From Candidatus Latescibacterota bacterium (GTDB lineage: Bacteria; Latescibacterota; UBA2968; GCA-2709665), in contig CAXXJS010000040.1 in assembly GCA_963662665.2 (NCBI GenBank), forward strand, positions 128,001 to 192,000: a DNA stretch of 64,000 nt, read 5' to 3'. Made by a program: the position numbers and the translations under genes. Of the stretch, positions 29,630 through 40,382 are shown piece by piece (the first letter of the stretch is position 1; each line of letters begins with the position of its first letter). Below the pieces are notes generated by a model. That model saw nothing but the letters and a program-made list of their open reading frames with translations. It did no database searches and was not told the origin of the DNA.

Positions 29630-30844
29630 TCATGACTGCGCCTGCCCGTCCCTGAAGAAACGCCCGAAGAGTTCGACGATCCGATCCAGGTCGGTCAATC
29701 TGAGGTCCTGGTGGCAACCGATATAGAATCCACTTCTGTTGATCCACCCGGCAACGGGATAGTCCGTCTCCCTGATTCCCAGCAGGCGCTGGTAGAGAGG
29801 CTGATTGGTCAGCGGAAGCATCTCTCGCGTCTCGACCCGGTTCTGCTCCAGAAAATTCACGAATGTGTCCTTTTTCCGGTCCCTAAGGACAATCGGATAC
29901 ATCATGAATGAATGTTCACATTCCGGACGAACCCGCGGAAGCTGCAAAACCGCTCCGTGTTCGGACAACCTCCGGGTCAGATAGTCGGCGTTATTTCGCC
30001 GGGCGGCGATCATGTCCGACCCGACCTCGAGCTGCGCCAGCCCCAGAGCGGCCTCCATCTCGGTTAACCGGAAGCTATAGCCAAGACTTACGAAAGAAAA
30101 CCGACGGGCGACGATTCTACGAAGTTCCTCGGGCGACTTCCGGTCGTCGTCGTCTATATTCAGGTACGTCGAATCCCTGCCGTGGTTGATCAGCGATCTC
30201 AGCTTTTTCGCGTAATCGGGATGGTCGGTCGTATTCAAACCGCCCACTCCGGTGGTCAGCAGGTGCGCCGCATAGGTGGAAAAACACCCGATTTCCCCCA
30301 GACTTCCCACGCTCCGGCCCTTGTATCCGGCGAACATGGTCTCGGCCGAATCTTCAATGACTTTAAGACCGTACCGCCCCGCAAGATCGAGGATAGGATC
30401 CATGTCGCACGGTTGTCCGAAGACATGGACAGGAATGATCGCCCTTGTACGGGACGTGATTGAGGCCTCGATCTTTCCGGGGTCCATATCATAGTGGACC
30501 GGATCGACGTCCACCAGCACCGGACGCATCCGTCCGTGAAATACGATATTCGCCGTTCCGGCGAAGGTCACCGCGGGCAGGATGACCTCGTCTCCATCGT
30601 CCCACCCGTGCAATTCCTTCAGCGCGGCCAGAGCCACCAGAAGAGCGCTCGTTCCGCTGTTGCTCATCACACCGAACCGACAGCCGTGCGCACGGGCGAA
30701 GCCGGCTTCGAACGCCTGTGTCATCGGACCGTACGACAGCCGGTTGCTTTCGAGGACCTTGTTTACCAGCGCTCTGGCGCGGCGACTGACGTTCATCGTG
30801 CCAACGCCGATCACCGGCGGCCGGATTTCACGGTCTTCGGACAC
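29630..30844 (-). CDS. DegT/DnrJ-family nucleotide-sugar aminotransferase/dehydratase (His at the usual Lys position)
   Basis: SNSGTSAL, PVHVFG, IEDSAE and FSTYAAHLLTTGVGG motifs. Start approximate. Confidence 0.85.
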   Translation of the reverse strand: MSEDREIRPPVIGVGTMNVSRRARALVNKVLESNRLSYGPMTQAFEAGFARAHGCRFGVMSNSGTSALLVALAALKELHGWDDGDEVILPAVTFAGTANIVFHGRMRPVLVDVDPVHYDMDPGKIEASITSRTRAIIPVHVFGQPCDMDPILDLAGRYGLKVIEDSAETMFAGYKGRSVGSLGEIGCFSTYAAHLLTTGVGGLNTTDHPDYAKKLRSLINHGRDSTYLNIDDDDRKSPEELRRIVARRFSFVSLGYSFRLTEMEAALGLAQLEVGSDMIAARRNNADYLTRRLSEHGAVLQLPRVRPECEHSFMMYPIVLRDRKKDTFVNFLEQNRVETREMLPLTNQPLYQRLLGIRETDYPVAGWINRSGFYIGCHQDLRLTDLDRIVELFGRFFRDGQAQS

Positions 30845-30891
30845 CTCCAACCTGCCTCCTGGTGTTCTTCCGGTCGAGGATTTGTACGGGC

Positions 30892-31824
30892 CTACTGCTT
30901 CTCGTACCACGAAATCATACGCCGAAGCCCTTCATCCAGGGAGGTTGTGGCTTCGAATCCAAAATGCCGCTTCGCCCGCGTCACATCCACGCATCGCCTC
31001 GGTTGGCCGTTCGGCCTGTTCCGGTCCCAGCGAACCCGGCCGGCAAATCCCGCGACATGACGGATCTTCCCGGCGAGATCCCGGATGGAGATCTCCTCTC
31101 CGGATCCCAGGTTGACCGGCTCTGACAGATCATATGATTCCGAAGCAAGCAATATGCCCTCTGCCGCGTCCTCGACGTACAGAAACTCGCGCGTGGGGGA
31201 GCCGTCTCCCCAGAGCGTGACGTGGTCGTGCCCGAGATTCCGGGCGTCCACGAACTTTCGCACCATTGACGCGAGTCCATGGGATGTCTCAGGATCGAGG
31301 TTTTCTCCCGGTCCGTAGAGGTTGGTCATCAGCAGGTGAATCGCGTTGTAGCCGTATTCGGCGCGGTAGGCCTGGCTCTGCACGAGCATCATCTTTTTGG
31401 CCAGACCATAAGGCGCGTTTGTCTCTTCAGGATAGCCGTCCCAGAGATCTTCTTCTTTGAAGGGTACCGGCGTGGACCCTGGATAGGCGCACACCGATCC
31501 GATACCTACAAACTTCGGCGTCCCAAACCTGCGGGCCTGCTCAAGCAGATGGGCGCCCATTACCAGATTATCGTAAAAAAAACGGCCCGGATACCGCTGA
31601 TTGGCGCCAATGCCGCCAACGGAACCGGCCAGATGAATGATCAGGTGAGGCCGCGCGGCCTCGTACAGGCGACGTACGGCTGTCTGCTCCCGCAAGTCGT
31701 GGTCCCGGCTGCGCGGCGCGAATATCGAACGGCAACCCCGTTTGCGCAGTTTCCGAACCACGTACCGGCCCAGAAAACCGGCGCCGCCGGTAACCGCAAC
31801 CCGTTTGTCGGTCCAGAACCCCAT
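30892..31824 (-). CDS. fcl: GDP-L-fucose synthase-family epimerase/reductase
   Basis: [39 protein letters not shown]. Confidence 0.88.
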   Translation of the reverse strand: MGFWTDKRVAVTGGAGFLGRYVVRKLRKRGCRSIFAPRSRDHDLREQTAVRRLYEAARPHLIIHLAGSVGGIGANQRYPGRFFYDNLVMGAHLLEQARRFGTPKFVGIGSVCAYPGSTPVPFKEEDLWDGYPEETNAPYGLAKKMMLVQSQAYRAEYGYNAIHLLMTNLYGPGENLDPETSHGLASMVRKFVDARNLGHDHVTLWGDGSPTREFLYVEDAAEGILLASESYDLSEPVNLGSGEEISIRDLAGKIRHVAGFAGRVRWDRNRPNGQPRRCVDVTRAKRHFGFEATTSLDEGLRRMISWYEKQ

Positions 31825-31870
31825 TTGTATGGCCTCACGTTCTTGCGTGCTGGTGTTCCAATCCAACGCA

Positions 31871-31899
31871 AAGGTATGTGGATTCGCGCCAGGGGTCAA
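31871..31899 (-). promoter_or_regulatory. Sigma70-like promoter of the fcl-degT-GT2 unit
   Basis: Minus strand TTGACC-N17-TACCTT. Confidence 0.5.
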
Positions 31900-31984
31900 G
31901 CCAAAAGCGGAAAAAGGAGGCCGTCCGGAGGGTTGGGCCCGGAAGGATGACGGGGCGGCTCTCAAGGGCGGGTTCAGCGAGTGC

Positions 31985-32917
31985 TCAGGTTTCGCGCATC
32001 AACTTCCCGGCGGCATTGTACGGATCGTCTTCCCCCGCGCGGATCCTGGCCGCGGCCCGATCCAGGCATTCACCCGACAGCGCCGCGTCCAATCGGTGGG
32101 CCAGCCGCACCTCCACCCGCTCCCGCAATTCGCGCCGCATCTGCCGTTCGCGCAATCCTGCCAACCTCTCCTCGGTATTCAGATGGCGCAGGTACTCTTG
32201 AAGCGCATCGAAGAGTTTCTCCACGCCCCCGCCGTCGGTAGCGACAGTACGAACCAGCCGCCCTTCCCAACCATCGACTTCGCCCCGCGCGTGAAGGGTT
32301 TCTCTCAGTTCTGCCGCCAATCCGCCCGAACCGGGACGGTCGGACTTATTCAGTGCGATGACGTCCGCGATTTCCATCACACCGGCCTTCAGCACCTGGA
32401 TCTCATCGCCCGACTCGGGTACCAGGGCCAGCACAACCGCATCGACGCAGTGAGTCACGTCCACTTCGGTCTGACCGACCCCGGCAGTTTCCACGAGGAC
32501 CACGTCCTTTCCCATGGCTTCCATCACCCGAATCGCGTCCCTCGCCGCCCCGCACAGCCCGCCTGGAAGACCCTCGTTCGCCATGCTTCGAATAAACACC
32601 AACGGGTCGCCCGACAGTCCCTGCATCCGGATGCGGTCACCCAGGAGCGCGCCGCCGGAAAACGGACTGGCAATATCCACGGCAAGTATGCCTACGGCAT
32701 TTCCATTTTCGCGAAAGCGCTCCGCGAGACAACCGGCGAGCGTACTTTTTCCCGCTCCGGGCGGACCGGTGATGCCGATCCGGTAGGCGCCGCCGGTTGA
32801 AGGATACAGGGCGGCGAGCAGTTTCGTCGAATCGGATTCCCGCCGCTCGATGAGCGAAATGGCCCGCGCGGCGGCGCGGTTGTCACCCGCGAGGACCCGG
32901 GCGGCCAGATCTTTCAT
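31985..32917 (-). CDS. meaB: MeaB/ArgK GTPase chaperone of B12-dependent acyl-CoA mutases
   Basis: [30 protein letters not shown] and NKSD motifs. Confidence 0.92.
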   Translation of the reverse strand: MKDLAARVLAGDNRAAARAISLIERRESDSTKLLAALYPSTGGAYRIGITGPPGAGKSTLAGCLAERFRENGNAVGILAVDIASPFSGGALLGDRIRMQGLSGDPLVFIRSMANEGLPGGLCGAARDAIRVMEAMGKDVVLVETAGVGQTEVDVTHCVDAVVLALVPESGDEIQVLKAGVMEIADVIALNKSDRPGSGGLAAELRETLHARGEVDGWEGRLVRTVATDGGGVEKLFDALQEYLRHLNTEERLAGLRERQMRRELRERVEVRLAHRLDAALSGECLDRAAARIRAGEDDPYNAAGKLMRET

Positions 32918-33309
32918 TTCACGGCTTCCCGAAGTCGTGCGACGATGTCGCCCGTGTGCGTGCCCGGACCCCAGAAGAATGCCAGACCTCCGGCCTTGAG
33001 CGCCTCCCGGTCGGCCGGCGTAACGATGCCGCCGCCAACCACTAGGATGTCATCTGCACCCCGCGCCCGAAGGAGATCCATCACCTTTGGGAAGATCGTC
33101 AGATGGGCCCCCGAAAGAGAGCTGATACCCAGCACGTCCACGTCTTCCTGGATCGCGGTGTTCACCACCTCATCCGCCGTGCGGTGCAGGCCCGTATAGA
33201 TGACTTCCATCCCAGCGTCCCGCAGCGCGCGCGCCACGACCTTGGCGCCCCGGTCGTGACCGTCCAGACCGACCTTTGCAATCAATACACGTATCTTGCG
33301 ACCGGACAC
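32914..33309 (-). CDS. Stand-alone cobalamin-binding subunit of an acyl-CoA mutase
   Basis: AKVGLDGHDRG (DxHxxG), SSLSGAH, GGG and GPGT motifs. Confidence 0.92.
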   Translation of the reverse strand: MSGRKIRVLIAKVGLDGHDRGAKVVARALRDAGMEVIYTGLHRTADEVVNTAIQEDVDVLGISSLSGAHLTIFPKVMDLLRARGADDILVVGGGIVTPADREALKAGGLAFFWGPGTHTGDIVARLREAVK

Positions 33310-33557
33310 CTCAGCCTCCCGAATTGATCGTATCCGCGCCTTTTCACGGCGCACTTTCGAACTGGGGCCAATTGCCGGACGTTTTCGCTATCGGCCTGAT
33401 TTTCCTGCCTGCAAGTCAATTCGTACAAGGCCGGTTGCGAACCGTCGACACAGTTCTTATATTAACCTGCGATCTCTACGCCCCCGCCCCGGCGGGGCGC
33501 CATCTACGAGACTCAAACCACACTCAAGAATCCGATGTATGGCAGAAAGGCCGGATA

Positions 33558-34331
33558 ATGGCGGCGCCTGAATACCTTGTCCCCGATGACGTCTCAAATT
33601 TCAACAGGAACGGATACGTCCTGGTAGAGAACCTCTTCAGCGAAGACGAAGTCCGCATTCTGCTCAACGCGGTGGAAACAGGCGCGCGTGTGGCAAAGAA
33701 CACCCGTGCGACCTCCGACGCATCCGGAATGACGTCCAGGCTGGCTATCTGGCACGAACTGGGAGACGACATCTGGACCGCGGTTTCCACCTGTCCCCGC
33801 ATTGTCAATAATATCCGCATTCTTCTGGGCGAAGAGGTCGCCTTCTTCCACGGCAAAGTGATGTTCAAAGACGCCCACGAGGGCGGCGCGTGGGAGTGGC
33901 ACCAGGACTACGGATACTGGTACAATCAGGGGTTCGTCTTTCCCCGGATGATCAGCGCGTTTATCGCGCTGGACGACTGCAAGCGGGAAAACGGCTGCCT
34001 GCGGGTCCTTCGCGGGTCCCATCACCTCGGGCGGCTGGACCACGTCAGGGTCGGCACCCAGACCGGAACCGATCCCGCAAGGATTGCGGGTATCGAACCT
34101 CTGTTGGAATGCGTCTGCTGCGAGATGTCGCCCGGCTCCGTCCTCTTCTTTCACTGCAATCTTCTGCACGCCTCAACGCCCAATACGTCCACCCGCCATC
34201 GGCGGTCGTTCATCATCTGTTACAACGCCCTGGGCAACCCCCAACTCGTTGAGAAGAAAACCGCCGACCAATACCCCTGTCCGGTGGGGCCGGACGACGC
34301 CATCTCCCGGTACGGACCCGTGCCCGGATGA
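33558..34331 (+). CDS. PhyH-family Fe(II)/2-oxoglutarate dioxygenase
   Basis: NGYV, WEWHQDYGYW, NGCLRVLRGSH and LHAS motifs. Confidence 0.9.
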   Translation: MAAPEYLVPDDVSNFNRNGYVLVENLFSEDEVRILLNAVETGARVAKNTRATSDASGMTSRLAIWHELGDDIWTAVSTCPRIVNNIRILLGEEVAFFHGKVMFKDAHEGGAWEWHQDYGYWYNQGFVFPRMISAFIALDDCKRENGCLRVLRGSHHLGRLDHVRVGTQTGTDPARIAGIEPLLECVCCEMSPGSVLFFHCNLLHASTPNTSTRHRRSFIICYNALGNPQLVEKKTADQYPCPVGPDDAISRYGPVPG

Positions 34332-34378
34332 CCGTAAACAGCGTTTCCGGCTGACGCATGTACCATCAACGAAGATCC

Positions 34379-35419
34379 CTATCCGCTCAACACCTCCAGT
34401 TCACGGTCCCGCCCGGAAAGCGGCAACTCGGCCCACCCGGCGTTCCCGGCATGCGAGACGTGAAAACCCACAATTGCTTCAAGCGTCCGCACGGCTTCCG
34501 ACGCCGCGTAAGGGAACGGGTTGTCTCCGTCCAGCCAATCCACAATCTCACCCACCGCCACATCCATCGAAGAAGAACCCCGAGGATCCGGCCAGGGGTC
34601 CCGCCGACCGTCCCGGTAGTCCAGCACCACGTCTCTGCCGTCAAGCACGGCGGAGCCCTCCGTACCGTGGATGGAGATCAGCGGCGGCAGCGTCCCATAA
34701 TCCGCGGCGTCTACCGTGCAGATCAGTCCGTGCTCAAGGCGCAGCATGCCCCAGCCGCCCGGGTCGCGGAACTGCGCGCCGCGGCAGTCCGGCTTTCCCG
34801 ACGGATCCAGCGTACCCGACACCGCCTCGACGGCCCGTCCCGTTAACATCTGGATGGTATCGATGAAATGCGTACCCACGTTGCCCAGCCGGCCCGAACC
34901 CCACTGCATGGACGCGGACGTCAGGGCTCCCAGCGCGCCGTCGGCTATGAGGTCCCGCAGGCGCCGGGCGTTGGACTGAAATCGCCGGTTGTGGTTCACA
35001 ACGAGGAGCGTACCTGCGTCGTTGCACGCCTTCAGCATCCTCTCGGCGTCCGCAACCCGGGTCGCGACGGGTTTTTCGCAATAGACGGCGAGAACGCCCT
35101 GCTTTGCGCATGCGACCGTGATGTCGGCATGAACGGGCGCATAGGTGGCCACGCTTACAATATCGAGCGACTCCTCGGCCAGCATCTCGCGCCAATCGGC
35201 GTACGCAGGCACGCCGGTGCGTGCACTAAAGCGCTCCCTTCGCCCCGTGTCCCTGCTGGACCCGGACGCGACAGCCACCCGGGGATGCCCACGCAACGCA
35301 TCGACGTGGGTCCCGTCCAGGTCGCTCACCATCTGTCCTATTGCGTCGCCCGACACCTGGTCCGCGCCGCCGATATAGCCCAGACCCACAATCCCGGCGC
35401 GATAGGTTTCATCTGCCAT
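34379..35419 (-). CDS. Gfo/Idh/MocA oxidoreductase
   Basis: GLGYIG, CEKP, NHNRR and GTHFID motifs. Confidence 0.9.
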   Translation of the reverse strand: MADETYRAGIVGLGYIGGADQVSGDAIGQMVSDLDGTHVDALRGHPRVAVASGSSRDTGRRERFSARTGVPAYADWREMLAEESLDIVSVATYAPVHADITVACAKQGVLAVYCEKPVATRVADAERMLKACNDAGTLLVVNHNRRFQSNARRLRDLIADGALGALTSASMQWGSGRLGNVGTHFIDTIQMLTGRAVEAVSGTLDPSGKPDCRGAQFRDPGGWGMLRLEHGLICTVDAADYGTLPPLISIHGTEGSAVLDGRDVVLDYRDGRRDPWPDPRGSSSMDVAVGEIVDWLDGDNPFPYAASEAVRTLEAIVGFHVSHAGNAGWAELPLSGRDRELEVLSG

Positions 35420-35536
35420 GACTTATCCTCTTCCGGTTTTACGATGGGGGATTCGACGTCCTGTTCTCGTCTTGCCACCCGAATTGCGCAGCCGGGCGTT
35501 TGTCGTTCGGTTGGGCTCGGTCCGATCGGGTTTTCG

Positions 35537-36196
35537 TTACCCGTCCAACGCCACGGCCCGCCAGAGATACCAGCTTGCCACCGACCGGTACGGCCGCCAG
35601 ATCTCGCCGTGTTCCAGAAGCTCCGCCGGCTCGGGAAGCCCGCTTAACCCGTAAGTGAGCTTAAAGCCCTTTCTTACGCCCAGGTCCTTGACCGGCAGGA
35701 CGTCCGCCCGGCCCAGATCGAAGATCAGCATCATCTGCACGGTCCACTCACCCACCCCCCGGACACGCGTGAAACGACTGATGATCTCGTCGTCTGACAT
35801 CCCGTTCAGCCGCCGCCCCGGCGGGACCTCGCCTTTGAGCGTCTTTTCAGCAAGGTCTTTTATGGCCGCCACCTTGGCCCGGGACATCCCCGCACCGCGA
35901 AACGCTTCGTCGGGTAACGCCAGCACATGTTCCGGCTCAGGATGCGTGCTTTGAGGAAACAGATCTAGAACCCGGCCGTAAATCGTCCCGGCGGCCTTCC
36001 CGGAAAGCTGCTGGTAGACAATCGAGCGCATCAACGCACGAAACGGATGGTACGGCGCCTGCGCTTCCAGGAGGCATGGACCCGCGCGTTCAATCAAACG
36101 TCCCATCGCGGCGTCCACCTTCGAAAGCGCCGCAACGGCTTCTTCCGGATCGTATGTCAATCCATTCTCGATGGACGCCTCCGCGTTGCATCGCAA
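35537..36196 (-). CDS. DNA-3-methyladenine glycosylase (AlkA-like HhH-GPD)
   Basis: IVYQQLS, RGVGEWT, DLGVRK and WRPYRS motifs. Start uncertain. Confidence 0.9.
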   Translation of the reverse strand: MRCNAEASIENGLTYDPEEAVAALSKVDAAMGRLIERAGPCLLEAQAPYHPFRALMRSIVYQQLSGKAAGTIYGRVLDLFPQSTHPEPEHVLALPDEAFRGAGMSRAKVAAIKDLAEKTLKGEVPPGRRLNGMSDDEIISRFTRVRGVGEWTVQMMLIFDLGRADVLPVKDLGVRKGFKLTYGLSGLPEPAELLEHGEIWRPYRSVASWYLWRAVALDG

Positions 36197-37159
36197 TTAA
36201 CCCGCGGCCTGGTTTTCGCCCCCTGATGCAGCGGCCAGAGCCACCGCGCCCAGCAGGCCCGAATTGCCTTTCAGCCTGGCGGGAATGATTTTCAGATGCG
36301 GTCTGTGCACCGGCATCAGAAACCGGTCCGTCTGTTTTCGCAGCGGTTCCAGCAACACCCTGCCGGCTTTCGCCACGCTGCCGCCTATCACAATGGCTTC
36401 CGGCGCCAGCGCGTTCATTGCGGCCGCCACGCCCATGCCCAGATACCGGCACGTCTCATTTACGAGTTCCAGAGCGAGCCCGTCGCCGGTCCGCGCGGTA
36501 TCGAAAACCGCTTTGGCCGTCACCGGACCATTCGCAGTCCCAAGGATCCCGCCGGCCCTCCGAGGCTGTTTGCGCACTGCCTCATCCCCGCGTCGACCGA
36601 TGGCCGTGCCGGAAGAAAGCGCTTCGAGACATCCCCGATTGCCGCAGTCGCAAAGCGGGCCGTCGGGAAGCACAGGTACGTGGCCGAGTTCGCCCGCGTT
36701 GCCGTTGGCGCCCCGGTAAATCTCCCCGTCGATGATGATTCCAGCGCCGATACCCGTGCCGATATTGTAATAGATCAGTTGGCTGCAGCCCCGTCCCGCG
36801 CCGAACGTCAATTCGCCCAGCGCGCCCGCGTTGGCATCGTTATCCACAATTGCCGGTATCCCGAGGTCCCGTTGGATTGTCTCGGGAATGGCCAGATTGT
36901 CCCAACCCGCCACGTGTGTTGAATTGACGATCCGCTGGCAAGCGAAATCCACGGGACCGCCGAAACTGATTCCGCACGCGGTCACCGCTTCCGGGGATGA
37001 CGCAATCAACCGGCGCCCGACCATCAGTACCCGTTCAATCATCCATTGGGCGCCGCCGGAGCGATCCGTGGAACCGGTTGTCCGCTCCAGGATACGACCG
37101 TCCCGCGTTCCCAGCGCAAGGGTGTAATTGGTGCCTCCAATATCGACCGCAAGGATCAT
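36197..37159 (-). CDS. ROK-family sugar kinase
   Basis: DIGGT, NDANAGALGE, GTGIG and GELGH...CDCGNRGCLE motifs. Confidence 0.92.
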   Translation of the reverse strand: MILAVDIGGTNYTLALGTRDGRILERTTGSTDRSGGAQWMIERVLMVGRRLIASSPEAVTACGISFGGPVDFACQRIVNSTHVAGWDNLAIPETIQRDLGIPAIVDNDANAGALGELTFGAGRGCSQLIYYNIGTGIGAGIIIDGEIYRGANGNAGELGHVPVLPDGPLCDCGNRGCLEALSSGTAIGRRGDEAVRKQPRRAGGILGTANGPVTAKAVFDTARTGDGLALELVNETCRYLGMGVAAAMNALAPEAIVIGGSVAKAGRVLLEPLRKQTDRFLMPVHRPHLKIIPARLKGNSGLLGAVALAAASGGENQAAG

Positions 37160-37169
37160 GGACGCCGCC

Positions 37170-37934
37170 TCAGTCCGCCAGCCCGCGTTCGCGCAGATAG
37201 TCCAGCGACTGTTCGACCCGTCGTTCCACGTCGCGCCGCGAAAGCGATTCGCCCTGGATGCCTTCCAGTTCGAGCGTGTAGGGTCCGTTGCGTCCGTGAC
37301 CGGCGAAGATCTCGAATATAGAAGGAAAATCCACGATCCCCTCGCCAAGCGCGGGGAAGTGCCAGGTCTGAAAGGCGCCGTTCGTATCCTTCAGATGCAC
37401 GGCGGCCACCGCGTCGGACACCCTTCGAAACTGCTCGACCGCATCCACGCCCTCGTTGTAATAGTGGACGTTGGCCGTATCGAAATTGATGCGGATGTTG
37501 GGATGATTCACCCCGCGCATCGTCTGCAGCGCCACGTCGGCGTTCGTTATCAGATCCGGATGCGTTTCCATGGCAACGACAATCCCCCGTTCTGCCGCGG
37601 CGTCACCGATGTCCTGCAGCCGTCCGTAGACGAAATCCCGGTCTATGCCTCCGGTCTTTACGCTCGTGAACACCACGCCGACCCCCATCTCCGCCACCGT
37701 ACTCAGCGAGTGCTCGAACCGCTGGACCGCGTCGTCGGCATGCATCTCACAGCGAATGATGAGACTTGACGCGCGCAGTCCGAACCGGTCCAGTTCAAGC
37801 TGAACCGCTTCTCTCTCCTCGCGCTCGGGACAGGGAATTTCCACGTTGTTCAGACCGATCCGGGCAAGATGTTCGAACGCGCCGTCCCGATACTGTCTGT
37901 AGCTGTTCAGGTTGCACGCAATCAGGTTTACCAT
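37170..37934 (-). CDS. Sugar phosphate isomerase/epimerase (xylose isomerase-like TIM barrel)
   Basis: METH, NFDTAN, VHLKD and LELE motifs. Confidence 0.88.
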   Translation of the reverse strand: MVNLIACNLNSYRQYRDGAFEHLARIGLNNVEIPCPEREEREAVQLELDRFGLRASSLIIRCEMHADDAVQRFEHSLSTVAEMGVGVVFTSVKTGGIDRDFVYGRLQDIGDAAAERGIVVAMETHPDLITNADVALQTMRGVNHPNIRINFDTANVHYYNEGVDAVEQFRRVSDAVAAVHLKDTNGAFQTWHFPALGEGIVDFPSIFEIFAGHGRNGPYTLELEGIQGESLSRRDVERRVEQSLDYLRERGLAD

Positions 37935-37952
37935 TGTTCCTCCTTGTGACGG

Positions 37953-39209
37953 CTATCCGTACCGTACCCACCGGATCATTTCCGACAACGTGGCCCGTTT
38001 GCCACGCATCAGGATCCCGATCCGGTAGATCCGCGCGGCCGCCCACATCACCCCTGCAATGGTCCCCATCAGAATCAGGACCGACGCCGCGATTTCGATC
38101 CACGGAGGGGTGAGGACGTTCACCCTGACAATCATGATCATTGGCGCGAAAAACGGAATCAGGGACATCACCACGGACGGGGCGGCGCTGGGCTGCCGGG
38201 TGATAAACGTCATTGCAAGCAGCGAGAGGACCATTGGCACGATAACGAGGATTTGCAGGTGCTGCGCGTCCTGTTCGGTGTCGCAGATAGCGCCGATAAT
38301 TGCGTAGAGCGTGGCATACAGAAAATAACCCAGGACGAAATAGACGCCGAAGTAGACCACCATACCCGTTTCGATCGCAAAGGGCAGGTTGGGCCCGAAC
38401 GCCATCCTGCCGTACGCCGTGGCCAGCAGACCCACGCCGATCCAGACCGTGACCTGGACCAGGCTGGCGGCGCCGATACCCAGAATCTTGCCGGCCATCA
38501 TCTGCAACGGATCGACCGACGAAAGCATCACCTCCACCATGCGGGTGGACTTCTCTTCCAAAACCCCGCGCATAACCATGATGCCATAAATGATGGTTAC
38601 CATGTAAAGCAACATGGCGAACGCGAACGAAGTGAAATATTCCCGGGCAAATCCGCTCTTCTTTTCCTTCCCACCTACGATTTTCACCGTGTTCATCTGC
38701 ACCCGCCGGGTCCATTTTCGCACCGATTCCGGGTCCAGCCCCCGTTGCGCGAGCCTGTGGGCAACCACGATCTGACTCAACGCGCTTCGCAATCGCCCGA
38801 CCTGGCGCATATCGCTCACGTTCTTCCCGTATAAACCGGCCTCGCCCTTCTCGAAGACGTCCGGAGGCACAATCAGGTAGGCGTCCAGCTTTCCGGTGTT
38901 GATCTCGGACGTAAGTTGCCGGCGCGTGATTTCCAGATCGGGACCGGGCCGCACGTCCTGCAACAGATATTCGAGCCGGCCATCCTTGAGCCGTTCGTCC
39001 AGGCGGGAATCGAGCGGCCGGTACAGGATCCCGGTCTGGTCGACCACGGCAACACGCTTCTGTTTACCCACGTCGACCCGCGCCAATAGTACCGGAACCA
39101 GAATGCTGGCGACGACAAACACCGGCACGAGGAAGAGACCGATAAGGAAACTCTTCTTGCGGACAATCTCTGTGAATTCCCGGCGGACGATCTTCAGTGT
39201 TTTATTCAT
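37953..39209 (-). CDS. ABC-2 exporter permease (NatB-like)
   Basis: EEKSTRMVE...GKILG motif; multiple TM helices. Confidence 0.9.
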   Translation of the reverse strand: MNKTLKIVRREFTEIVRKKSFLIGLFLVPVFVVASILVPVLLARVDVGKQKRVAVVDQTGILYRPLDSRLDERLKDGRLEYLLQDVRPGPDLEITRRQLTSEINTGKLDAYLIVPPDVFEKGEAGLYGKNVSDMRQVGRLRSALSQIVVAHRLAQRGLDPESVRKWTRRVQMNTVKIVGGKEKKSGFAREYFTSFAFAMLLYMVTIIYGIMVMRGVLEEKSTRMVEVMLSSVDPLQMMAGKILGIGAASLVQVTVWIGVGLLATAYGRMAFGPNLPFAIETGMVVYFGVYFVLGYFLYATLYAIIGAICDTEQDAQHLQILVIVPMVLSLLAMTFITRQPSAAPSVVMSLIPFFAPMIMIVRVNVLTPPWIEIAASVLILMGTIAGVMWAAARIYRIGILMRGKRATLSEMIRWVRYG

Positions 39210-40119
39210 CCTGGCCTTCTCCGGAATCTTCGCCGCCAACCGCCATCAAAAAGATATCTCTGAGGGACGGCTCCGAGACTTCGAACCGGTGGATCCGGGC
39301 CGCGGAAAGCGCCTGCCTCAGCAATTCGCCGGGGTCCGCGCCCGTCTGAAGTTCGACCTCCACGTGATTCCCGCGATGTTCCGCATGCCGAACCAGGTTC
39401 CTATCCTTGAGAAAATCGTCCCTCCCCTCAAAAGCAATGCGCAACCGGTTCCTTGTATATTGGGACTTCAATTCAGGTACCGTTCCTTCCAGAACCTTCC
39501 GACCGCGGTTGATCAGACAGATCCGGTCGCAAAGCGCTTCCGCGTCCTCCATCTGATGCGTGGAAAAAATGAGAATCTTGCCCTCAGACGTCAGGGTCTG
39601 CATGATTTCCTTCAGGACGGCCACGTTGATCGGATCCAGCCCGCTGAAAGGCTCGTCGAGAATCAGGAGATCGGGGTCGTGAATGACGGTCACGATGAAT
39701 TGCAGCTTTTGCTGCATACCCTTGGAAAGCTGATCCACGCGCCGGTTCGACCACTCCGAGAGACCCATCCGTTCGAGCCATTCTCCCGCGCGGCCCGCCG
39801 CTTCCGACCGGGTGAGCGACTTGATCTCCCCGAGAAACACCAGCAGGTCCATAACCCGCATTTTGGGATACAGCCCTCGTTCTTCGGGCAGATAGCCAAT
39901 CCGGTCCTTCGACAGTCCCGTTCCACCGTTGCCGTAATCGATGGTACCCGAATCCGGCCCGTAAATCCCCAGGATCGTACGAATTGTCGTGGTCTTGCCT
40001 GCACCGTTGGGACCCAGCAGACCGAAGACCTCACCGGCGGCGACGTCCAGGTCCAACCCGTCCACCGCCGTGACGCCGTCGAATGTTTTCGTGACCTGCT
40101 GGAGCAGAATCCTGCGCAT
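39202..40119 (-). CDS. ABC transporter ATP-binding protein
   Basis: GPNGAGKT, LSKGMQQ, LDEP and STH motifs. Confidence 0.93.
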   Translation of the reverse strand: MRRILLQQVTKTFDGVTAVDGLDLDVAAGEVFGLLGPNGAGKTTTIRTILGIYGPDSGTIDYGNGGTGLSKDRIGYLPEERGLYPKMRVMDLLVFLGEIKSLTRSEAAGRAGEWLERMGLSEWSNRRVDQLSKGMQQKLQFIVTVIHDPDLLILDEPFSGLDPINVAVLKEIMQTLTSEGKILIFSTHQMEDAEALCDRICLINRGRKVLEGTVPELKSQYTRNRLRIAFEGRDDFLKDRNLVRHAEHRGNHVEVELQTGADPGELLRQALSAARIHRFEVSEPSLRDIFLMAVGGEDSGEGQDE

Positions 40120-40309
40120 ATGGTTCTCCCGTTACTGATCCGGACGGTTATGCGAAGTGCGGGCCGGCCGTTACCGGGGGCTGAACGTCCGCCCGGAACA
40201 GGGTTAAAATACGTGCAGCGGGAAGGGCGCGCAACAGGACTTTCCCTGCCGCTGAATGACACGCCTGCGCCGCCGCGATGCGACCGGCACGGTAGCGAGA
40301 TCTTTTAAG

Positions 40310-40378
40310 AATAAGAAAAGACGCCGGCCGTACTGGGTACGATCGACGTCTTTCGGGAGGGATGTAGCATGGTTGTAT
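40310..40378 (-). ncRNA. Candidate small RNA (~70 nt) with anti-SD CCCUCCC motif and intrinsic terminator
   Basis: Lies downstream of an ECF-like promoter. 17-bp stem with G-U pairs that form only on the minus strand, followed by a U-rich tail. Confidence 0.5.
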
Positions 40379-40382
40379 CCGC

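Noticed and set aside
31830-31985. Possible riboswitch upstream of fcl or near the B12 genes
   Set aside because: No cobalamin-box or other riboswitch consensus seen; the region is explained by a promoter.
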